Shown here piece by piece: positions 48,301 to 58,076 of a stretch of 64,000 nt of DNA. The notes beneath the pieces were generated by a model. That model was not told the origin of the DNA. It saw only the letters and a list, made by a program, of their open reading frames with translations, and searched no databases. Both the position numbers and the translations under genes were made by a program. Every line of letters starts with the position of its first letter. The first letter of the stretch is position 1. Source of the stretch: Haplodiscus bocki (taxonomy: Eukaryota); contig OZ296649.1 of assembly GCA_965655095.1 (NCBI GenBank), positions 11,780,001-11,844,000 on the forward strand. Reading direction: 5' to 3'.

Positions 48301-49879
48301 CGTAATGATCACCTGATATCGGAAAAAGCGATGCGATAGTTGTCATTTTCGGCCCCATAGATGAAGAATTGGTTCATGATTACAATAGAGATAAATGGGA
48401 AACGCTGATCCAATAAAGTGGTGTTCGTATGTCTGGAGAGCTGATACGATTCCACATAGTTCTCGATGGAGAGTGGACAATTTTTGTTCTGCTTTGTCAA
48501 ATACACGCGAATTGAAAGAGATAATTCTCTTTCCCTGAGGGAATTGTTGGATAAGAATACAACCTGTACCAACATCTGAAGAGTCCACGTGAATATGAAA
48601 CGGGTAATCGGTAGAAGGAACTGCTAGAACTGTACCTTTGTGAATTCGTTCCTTAATGGTGTTGAACAAATTTTCGTGTTCTTCAGTCCAGTGGAAAAGT
48701 GTAGAATCTTTAGGTCATAAAAGGGCTGACTATCAACGTGTAAGTTCTTGATAAAGTAGCTGTAGAAACTAAGACATCCCAAGACAATCATAACGTCTCG
48801 CCTACTCGGTGGTGACTTGAGGTTCCTCAGGGCGTCCACACGCTTTGCTATTGGTTGAATCCCATCTGGTGAGATAACGTGTCCCAAGAACTTTACTTTC
48901 TTGAGAAGAAAAACGTCTTGTCGTGGGCAGCTTTTAACCCAGCCTTCCGCAGAAGGGTGTGATATTCATTGATGATGGTGAACATCTCGCCTCTAGTTTG
49001 CGATTGCATAATGGTGTCATCAATGTAGGTAATTGCTTGCTTTTTCCTGATCAGTGGGTCAAAATGAACCGTCATCAAGCGATTGAAGATGTTTGGTAGG
49101 CCACACAGACTGTAAAAACCTCGGGTGAAAGTATATTGCCGTCCACCGAAGATGAAGCTTGTCAATTTCTGTGTTTCGAAGCTAAGAGGTACTTGATGGT
49201 ATGCACAGGACAGGCCGCTGACTGAGAAGAACTTTCCATTTACTCTCATCATAATCATCTGAACGGGTCCTAATGGCCAGGAATAGTTTGTGAGGTCGGT
49301 CACTGAGTTCACATAGCGAGCATCAATCACTAGTTTGACGTAGTCATTCTTTGGCATCAGGAATATTGGGTTAACAAAGAGAGCTCCCATCTCGTCGTCA
49401 TCACCCATTTCTCGAATGATTTCGGCGTCCTCAAATTGTGTCAGCAGTTTCTCGAGTTTGTCTCTCAGATGTAACGGTACTTTGTTAGCTTGCTTGCGTT
49501 TCAGTTCCACGTTCGGTTTTAATATAACGTGAAATTTTCGTTGGGTTTTTCCAACATCGAATTTGTGGAGGGAATACACATCCTTCGAGTCGATTAGCAT
49601 ATCAATAAGGAGGGTCAATTCATTGTCAGTGATGTCTGAGTACTGAAAATCGAATCGTTTAACGTAATCAATTAGCTCTTTAGGCTGATACTGAAGATAG
49701 TGGTCAAAAAGAGCGAGCTTCGTTTTCTTCTTTCGGGCGTAGAACGGGAAATTGTTATCGCAAACTGGTTGACAGGACTTGGCGTCGCTGGTAAAATCAG
49801 TTACAAATTCCCTTTCGTTCAAATGAAATTCCTCGCTATATCGGTCTATCTCATCTTCGGCATAACTCAGCGGAAATAG

Positions 49880-50050
49880 CGTGAATTGCGTGTTCGTCTA
49901 ATGAGTAGACCACGTTTTGTATATCTGAATAGGCAAAGATATTTCGTAGGAGCTTTACTACATCTTGCCAGTTCATCTGGTCAAGACCACATCCAATCTT
50001 TGGTATGGCAATCGTTGAAACTCCGTGCATTGTAGAGCGTGCTTGCAATC
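49880..50050 (-). pseudogene. C-terminal half of a TARG1/OARD1 (DarG-like) macrodomain within pol
   Basis: MHGVSTIAIPKIGCGLDQMNWQDVVKLLRNIFAYSDIQNVVYSL matches the PxIGCGLD.L.W..V...F....I.VY.L signature. Confidence 0.85.
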
Positions 50051-50877
50051 GTTGTACTGTTCGTTTGTCGAAAAGATTGCGTTCGTTAGCTCATAAGGGT
50101 CCCGTACTTGGTACTCTGGTTCATCGTTGTCGGAGACGTCCAATGATGAAAAGCCAATTCGGCCCTTAGGCAAAGTAATTTGGTGATTCTTGTTAATTTC
50201 CATAAGTATAGTTAGTTTTGATTCTGATGGAGTGCATAGCACAGTGACAAATGATAGTCCCGTAGTGACAGCATTGCGATTTGGGTGAAAAGTTGATCCA
50301 GGAGGGAAATGAGCGTGAGGATCTTCAGGAGAATACTTCCAGCATCTTGCGCTCTTGGCTTTAATGTGCATTGCATGCGGAGTTCGTATTGTTAGGATTT
50401 GCGAAATGAAAGGGTGCGATTTGTTCTGATGAAGGCTTCCATAACACACAGTATTTGGTGGGTCTTTAAGTGCAATTCCGGGTGAATCAAAAGGAATACC
50501 AGATTTTTGCTTTTGACAGAAGTCCATGCCCAGGAGGTTCTGAGTCTTCATTTTGGTAATCCAGGCAGTCAAGGGGAAAGAAAATTGTCCATCCGGATCG
50601 TAACAGAGTGTTAATGTAGCAAAGCCAATCATAGGCACAACTTGACCAGAATAAGTCCTTGTTTGTGTAGTGTTTCTTTTCACCTTGATTGGATGTTGGG
50701 TTTGGCATATTCCCCGAATGGTTCGATAGTTTATGACTGAGCTAGAAGCTCCAGTATCTAACACGAATCCAAATTCTAAGCCACTATCTTTTTGAGTGTC
50801 TCCGGTGGCAAAGAAGAAAAAGTTAAAGCTGAGTCTTGAATTCTTGGACGGATTAGTAGTAGTTGAACTTGGAGACC

Positions 50878-52264
50878 TTAATAGTTTAAAGGGCATAGTC
50901 CCGATAGTTCATTCATTTCATCGTCTGTTGTATTGAACCGAAAGACGTTCGGCTGACCACCATTATTGGAGGTTGGGAACTTCTTGTTTTAGGGATTAAC
51001 ACTGAAGGATTAGGCGAGTTGAGTCGGGGTTGTCTGCGGGAATCCGTAAAAGATGAACCTTGTCCTGCCGTTGAAGGCGATCGCGAATAGTTATTGTTAC
51101 TTCCCCAATTCCTAGATTGATCTTGGTCGGACTGATATGGTTGGTGATCTCGCTCTGCAGTCGCTGAACCGATTATTGTTGTTACTCGGGTAGTCTCCTC
51201 GCTCGAAAGGTCTGTTTTGTCTGAATCTGCTAGAAATCTGATTACTTGGCCGAAGTTTCCTCCAGTAAAAGATCGGGGGGTTGACATCATAGCCCCATTA
51301 TCATCGTTCTGTCTGGTCCAATTCCCAGATCTATGGGAAGGTCCACGTCACTTGTTGTAGTCATGGGTGAACGTAATCTTTTTCTCGGCTGTGGCTTCAT
51401 TCTGTAACTTCTTGACTTCTTCATATCGTATCTTCTTTCTGCAAAAACTAGGAGTCTGACCATTGGTTCTACAGTATCCACAAAATCTTGTAGCATTCTG
51501 TCTTCTCTTCTGGTTAGGGTCAATGGTTTTCTGGTTCCCTTCTAAAGCGTTTATTCTGTGTTCCTTCAGATCAGTTCGTAGGTTTTTTAATTGTCCCAAG
51601 GAGGCCATTTGAGCCTTGTTCTGATCTTCGTCGTTCAGGAAGCTAGTAGACTTGATAAGATACGTCTTTGTAGATTAAATAGGTTAGAAATCGTTCCAAG
51701 TTGCATTTGGATGTTCCATCAGATATTCCTGAGCCTTTCGTTGTAGATACCTTGGTCTGAGTCCCCTTAGTGTGTAATCGATGTATCTTTATCGTCTCTG
51801 GCGAACTTGTGCGGTGCGTTCGGCGGCCTGTTCAGCTGCTACAACTCCATCCATATCGTCGGGCCAGCCTTTGTCCACTGTTTTCATTAACCGGTGAAGG
51901 AAGTTTCGAATCTCTTCTCCATCTGCTCGTAAACAATGTTCAACTTCCATTCTGTGTCTGAAAATGTTTCTTCCATCTGAAAATCTGGTTATGAACAGAG
52001 TTCGGACCTCATTCGAAGTCATTGCATCTTGAATAGTTCCCCATACCATTCAGCTGCTGGTGCTCTTAGCAATGAAGAAAATAAGACTTTCTTTCTGAAT
52101 AAATAAATAACATGTTCTGCATCGGCTTCGTCTGGTTCGGTTCCGAGAGCAAAATTATTCTAGCACTCTATTAAGCGGATGAATGCTTCTGCAACTTGGT
52201 CTGGGTCTGTGCCAGAGAATTTGTCCAGTGCCAAGTCTGGGTAAGCTAGATGAGTATTGGCCAT
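50878..52264 (-). pseudogene. gag: gag
   Basis: MANTHLAYPDLALDKFSGTDPD..LLRAPAAEW..FITRFSD..GEEIRNFLHRL; Zn knuckle CGYCRTNGQTPSFC (His lost). Stops and frameshifts. Confidence 0.88.
50884..50890 (-). promoter_or_regulatory. -1 ribosomal frameshift heptamer U-UUA-AAC at the gag/pol junction
   Basis: The gag frame reads ..TGC CCT TTA AAC TAT TAA; the -1 frame TTT AAA CTA is the open protease frame. Confidence 0.65.
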
Positions 52265-52282
52265 TTTAGCAATTATATCTTC

Positions 52283-53100
52283 TCAAAACAAGAAGTCTAG
52301 TTGTTCTCCAAGAATATGAAGTTGGTGGGAGTTCAAGTGGGGTTCAGGGAAATCCACGTCATCGTTTAGTGCCTCTGATAGAGATTCAAGTAAAGGGTGA
52401 TGTTTCTTAATGTTTATTCGTTTCGAATTATTTGGGTTTTCTTCTGGATGGGCAGTCATTCTGATCCAAAAAGTCCATTTCAAGCACGTAATGATGGCTG
52501 CTAGGGTTTCGTGTCTTGGGAGGTGATATTCCAGAGGCAAATCAGTGGAATATGTTTGCAGTCTTCTTCGGGTAGCTCGTCCAAATTCGTTATCGAACTT
52601 TCAAATTTTTGTGGCATTAGTTCTCAACACGAATTTATTATGAAAGAACAATTGAAGTTGTCTATGTATATTGGTTCACCACTGGGTCAGTATGGAGTGA
52701 ATTGATAACTGTCAAGTCCAATTCGGGAAATCCAAGTTCTGGAAAATCGTGACATCTTTGAATAGCAGCGATTGAAGCAAAATGTTCGTGGAATCTCAGT
52801 GTAATAAATTTAATAAATAGGGGTTCCCCAGTGGGATGGACTTGTAAACGAAGCCGAAACTGTCGGTGAAGGGTGAAATCAATCCTTGCTATTGTCACTT
52901 CTAGTTGTTCGGTTGGGGTTTTTATTGTCCACGGGCAGAACGGGAATACTGGTTTGAATTCGTTGTATTCGAAGAAGTACCAATGTTGGTTTGGGTCCTT
53001 TCCAAATTCCAGGGGCATTAGCTAATTATTCGTCAGATTGCTTGTTCAGAATTTGCCCAATTTTAATAACTGCCAAGATATAACTGGGTCCCAAGTGTAG
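52283..53100 (-). pseudogene. Pre-gag accessory ORF of unknown function (fragmented, ~250 aa)
   Basis: ORF pieces at 52662-53018 and 52283-52540, linked by a protein-like frame and ending just before the gag ATG. Confidence 0.5.
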
Positions 53101-53359
53101 AGGTAGCAAAAGAATCAGCACGAGATACAGGAAAAGCACGAGGTCTCCTCTCATTTCCGAATGGTAGAGTTGCTGTGATTCAGATTGTCGTCAATCTCGG
53201 ATAGTGCATCCAAAAGGGCAGGATTCAGCAAAAAAAACCAATACTATTAAAAGCAGCAGATATAAATAAATTATTAAATCGTGATTCATCTCCTTAAAAA
53301 ATAAATTAGTTTATCAAAAACAGTGGTAAAGCACATTTGAAGCACCCAAAAACGATGGA

Positions 53360-53563
53360 TTAATTCTTAGGAAAGATTCTCAGCAGGTTCGAGTGAAAAA
53401 GGCTCTGATAGAAGTCTAAAGCCCAATCGATCATTATTCCAAAATAAGCGCTTGTAATAAAGGAAACAGAAGCACCCAGTATAAGAATTAAAGTGAAAAT
53501 TAAAAATGACCATGTTGGCAAAAGGGAGAAAAAACTATCTGATACTTCACAAGTATAGCTCAT
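53360..53563 (-). CDS. Small hydrophobic (transmembrane) leader ORF, 67 aa
   Basis: Starts just after the PBS; contains LLPTWSFLIFTLILILGASVSFITSAYFGIMI. Confidence 0.45.
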   Translation of the reverse strand: MSYTCEVSDSFFSLLPTWSFLIFTLILILGASVSFITSAYFGIMIDWALDFYQSLFHSNLLRIFPKN

Positions 53564-53570
53564 TGATGTG

Positions 53571-53586
53571 CTTCACTGTCGCGCCA
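53571..53586 (-). promoter_or_regulatory. Primer-binding site TGGCGCGACAGTGAAG (tRNA not assigned)
   Basis: TGG begins 3 nt inside the 5' LTR end. Confidence 0.75.
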
Positions 53587-53589
53587 GTT

Positions 53590-56500
53590 TGTCGCACGTG
53601 GTAGGGGGTATTGCAAATCCATTAGTTACTTAGTTGTGCTGGCGGTTGACTAAGTCAGCACTGCTGCGTTGTAGCGACGGCTATTCCTTATAAGTCTCAA
53701 TAGTGTGCCTTGCTTCACCGTGCGAGCAAAGGGATTTCGTGAATTCAAGCAAGGACTTGTGAGCTATAGCGGAGAATAATACAAAGGAAAGTTAAATTAT
53801 CAGTGAAGGTATTTCAATATGTTGAATTGCTGAAAGGAATATGACTGCATGTACGTAAGGGGGAATTACTCAGCTCTGTCTGAGGCTGTAAACATGGGAT
53901 AGCACAGGGGAAATTGCCATATGGTCTTTAAATTTACGTTACGCAGTTATACTATATATCCAACTTTCTCTCCTTTTATTTCAAATTAAACATTATCCAT
54001 AGAAATTTATATAAAATTCTATCTTCAATTATTCCACTTTAATTAAATTAAACCGTGGATTTAGTGGAAAGAAAGCATTTTATTCAGCAAGAAGTCAGAA
54101 GTTTAAAAACAGGGTTAAAGGGGGATGCAACAAATTGTTAGAATTTAAAAAAGTTATAAACCGGGAACGTTAAATTAGTTTCACTTTAGGAGTGAACGTA
54201 TAAATAACAACACACTAATTCAGACTAGTTTAATTTAGTCTGATTTGAAATGATAAAATTAAATATAAAAGTTGAATTGGTTCAATTAAATCAAATTAAG
54301 AATTTAAAAAACCACAATGAGAAGATCGGACTCTTTCAATTTCGTCCAAATGAATTTTTAATTGAATCGTCAAAATTAGAAAATAGGATTCTCTCAATTC
54401 AGTCGAAATGAAGTATAAGTTATAACATATTAAAATTAAGCTGATACACGATAGCTGCTGTCAGAATTGGAACATCTGTAAATAGAGCAACAACATACAC
54501 CATTTTACTTTTTGACTAGTGCGTTGATTTCCTTTCCGTCTCATTTAGTCGGCTTTTTTTACCCAGTTTGTTTTCCGGTTTGTTTTACGTTTAGCTAAAC
54601 CACGTTATGCTCTAGTTTTCCAGGCCACCGATTCAACCTCCTAGTCCGTTTTAGTCCTCGCTGGATAGGCCAGTCTTTGAGGGAATGGAGTTCAATTTAC
54701 ATGCATTTTAATTACATGCATTTTACACTACTCTTAATATAAAAAATCACCTCCGTGCGGTATAAAACCGGCTTGTCGGGTTTAATGTTAAGGCTGGTAT
54801 TTAGTCACCTGCCGATTAACAAACCGGACCCACGGGACACCAGCAATTAAATATTACTCTTTCATCTGCGACCAGGACAATAATAGAAGAACTGTCAACT
54901 GGTCGTGATTATTATATGTGTTTCACTTTTGCCAATCAATTAATTCTACGTCTTAGTAAAAAAAGGAAAAATTCAAAAGGAGGGCATTTTAGAAAAAAAA
55001 GGATAAGTAACAAAATGGGCCTCGGTGCGGTGATTACACTCTGGTACCGGGCAGCTAATCCTACGTCAAATGCTGAGGAGATGTCCTCTCTTAGCAACCG
55101 TAATGATAACTAACAGAGGCTGGCGTGAATCGCGTAGGTGCTGCTTGTAGGATGAATACTGGCGGTTGCGTGAGTGCTGGTTGATGGATGAATGCTGGTT
55201 GCTGTTGCAGATTGCTGCTGTTGATAGCTGCTGCTGGTTCCGGCAGGGATACTGCGAGTTGGATGATTGCTGCTGCCGGGATACTGATTGCTGGTGAGAA
55301 AATCTTTGAAGATTTCCAGGATGTTGATGATTTGCGGCTAAGACAATTGTGCAGGCGAAAAAGTCTTTGAACATTTTCGGGATATTGATGATTTGCGGCT
55401 AAGACAATTCTGCAGGCGAAAACGTCTTTGAATAATTTCGGGATATTGATGATTTGCGGCTAAGACAATTCTGCAGGCGGAAAGTCTTTGAATACTTTCG
55501 GGATATTGATGATTTGCGGCTAAGACAATTCTGCAGGCGAAAAAGTCTTTGAATATTTTCGCTGAAGTGATGAGGAAAAAAAATTCAATGAGGAATTTAT
55601 TTTAAATTCTTGATGAGATTGGAGTGGAAAAGAGGTTCGCCTCGGGGAAGTAGGCTAGCTGGTGGTAGGAAGCGGGTCTGAGAAATAGAGTGTACGGGGT
55701 ATTCATACCCTGTTATGGCGCAATCGAATAATTAACCAATAGGAGAGCGCTGCAGATAGCAATGTTAACGAAGATCATTTAGTCGGTAGGAATAGTTTGT
55801 ATTTTGCAAAAAGGGACGGTTTCTGCATATTTAATCCGTGTATTGGAAATTAGAATGAAGTCTAATTGCCACGGACGCAGACGAGGTGAGATATGATCTA
55901 TGTAACGTCAACTCTCTTTCATAGGAACCTCGTGGGGTCGTGCAGTTTAAGATTTATTCATGCTTCAGAGCCGGAGCTCGTCAGCGGAATTCGCACACGC
56001 TAATACCGAAGCTAGCGTTAGTGGACACTGTGTTTAGACTCCAGCGGCAAAAGTATAGAATGAAGATGCGAGAAGGAATAATTTTCTAACCCAGAATATT
56101 TTTATCCGAAGGAAGAGGAAAGAGAATTTAGATTAATTTTATCCAAGCAAAAGGGAAGAGGAATGTAAGGTAAAAAGGAAAGGAAAGAAAGTAAAGGGGA
56201 AGAGGAGAGTAAAATAAGGTAAAAGGGAAAGGAGTAAGGCGTTCCGTTCCGTCCGGTGAGCGAGTTAGTGAATAATGATCGAGTTCCTTTCCCGGACCAG
56301 CTCCCAAATGAAGCTATGTCGAAATACCACGTGACCAGTCACGTGATCATGCAAGCATGGTGCATGTATAAATTTGAATATTGAGCCAATCGCGTTGAGC
56401 CACGTTCCAACGCATTTAGAAACTTTGCTTTTCCTTCCTTTGTGCAATTCCAATCCTTCAGCTTTCTTTTATACCGCGTGTTATTTTATCCCGTCCAGCT

Positions 56501-56624
56501 CCCACGTTAGTCAATAACGTCTGCAGTTCTCTTTGTTAATCATTAATCATTTCCTGTTTAACAGCTTACTGCACGTATTTGAGAAATAAAACACATTTGT
56601 TTAAGCGTTAGCTATAACGCGACA
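53590..56624 (-). repeat. 5' LTR (3035 bp)
   Basis: TGTCGCAC...CGCGACA; has an extra ~0.3 kb (53879-54187) and ~4.5 copies of the 61-bp repeat (55290-55561). Confidence 0.95.
55679..55740 (-). promoter_or_regulatory. Putative LTR core promoter: CCAAT, TATGAATA, Inr-like TCAG
   Basis: TATGAATA at 55707-55700 lies 28 nt upstream of the A of TCAG (55679); CCAAT at 55736-55740. Coincides with the LTR divergence step. Confidence 0.55.
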
Positions 56625-57621
56625 ATGTTTTCTGTTGCTTTTGATTTCGGATATTGTTTCACTGATGATGACGTAATCCTCTAAATGAATTTTATCCAAA
56701 TGTAATTAATTAATTAATTCTATGCTCCAACATCACATGATATTTCCAAGGAAGATTTTTCTTTTTCACACCTTCACGTCGTTTCGAGCAATTTTCGTTA
56801 GGTTGATGAGTTTAATGCCTAAAAAGCTGTAAGCTTGAGAAAGGTCAATTGTCCGTAACAGAATGCCTACAGGTATTTTTAATTTGGCAGAAAGATTACC
56901 CAATCTTGCTCACATAAATCCAAAAGAATCTTTGGAGACATTTCTATAGTTAGTTTCCAATTTGATGATGTAAGTGAAATAAATTAACCTCAAAGTTTGC
57001 AGCACAGCTGAATTGTGTGTTAGGTAATTCTCTGTTTGTATTAGCTCATCTGATATTTCTTTTACTCTGAAATCATCAACAAGCTGCACAGAGTACATTC
57101 TCAAGAACGATTATTATTTGACTTGCTGCGTCCATCAAAATAACATCTCTTCAAAACGGAAGTACACAGAAAAAGCCAAATTATCTTATCGACTATCAAT
57201 CGATATTAAATTTTGGATGGGTCTTTTCCGTTATCCGCCCCTCGCCTACTGACAAAATTATTATCCCCCCCCCCCCAGCTGATGCTCAGCTGAGCACTAT
57301 GGTTCAAGTTTCTGTTTAATACAAAGTTCTTGCAAATACCTGTTTGATTACTTTAACTAGCTTCAGCAAGCAGTCAGCTTCTTGGAGGGCACTTGAGATA
57401 TGTGTATTGTGTGCACAGTCTACTGACTCGCAAAAGACGCTACAGCTTCGACTGGGAGGGGGGGGGATAACAGAAAAGACCCATTTTGGATATTTAATGC
57501 TCAAACTGCCAAGTATGCCTGAATTTTCCAAATTTCCTTTGAAAAATCATCGAAAAATCCCAAGTTTTTCTCAAAAATAACCCACATTCTGGACCCAAAA
57601 TATGTTTTTGGTTGGCGCTGC
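56625..57621 (+). repeat. Copy B (right part) of the duplicated segment
   Basis: Homologous to ~35658-36652. Confidence 0.92.
57219..57482. mobile_element. Mutator-like MITE
   Basis: TIR GGGTCTTTTCCGTTATCC / GGATAACAGAAAAGACCC; perfect 9-bp TSD ATTTTGGAT. Confidence 0.9.
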
Positions 57622-58076
57622 GATACCCCTTGTTCTATTTACTGGATTTTTTGGGAAAGCAAACAGGGAAAATATTCGCGATACACCCTTTCAATTTTCC
57701 ATTTTTCCCGAAAACACAATTACCAAAAATTTAAAACCCGTTTGCAAATACCGGAAAATCAGAAAAAGGAATTACCGGGAAAAGTCAAACACCAAAAAAT
57801 TGATACTATCCACTTGTCCCTCGATTATCCGCCACATTAGTCAGCATGCTTCTTCGCTGCGGTAAATAACCGCCAAACTCGACAAAATGATTATAATTTT
57901 GACCTTTCATTGTTTAAAATAAGACAACCGAACTTGGTCCCACTCAAAAATGCGCGAATGGTGGCGAAAACTGGAGGGATCACTATACTTTTCTTTGGCA
58001 TACAAAATTTTCCCGAAAAATTGTCAAAACAACAAGGGTCTGGCCGTTCTTGGTTTGTTGAATATTATTTTTTCTC

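Larger units (their letters stand above)
45683..50890 (-). pseudogene. pol: pol: aspartic protease, dUTPase-like remnant, macrodomain remnant, RT, RNase H, unknown domain, integrase
   Basis: FVLDTGAS (PR); LVIDARY, AYHQVPL and TYIDD (RT); HVDSSDVGTG..RELCGI (RH); CLTCQ, HIDHKGP, IIHDR, NGKIQTQN and GPF (IN). Multiple frameshifts. Confidence 0.95.
37720..56624 (-). mobile_element. 18.9-kb Ty3/Gypsy-type LTR retroelement with env and accessory genes (complex endogenous retrovirus-like)
   Basis: TGTCGC...GCGACA termini, two LTRs, PBS, and gag-PR-RT-RH-IN order; flanks rejoin to match the empty site at ~35660. Confidence 0.96.
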
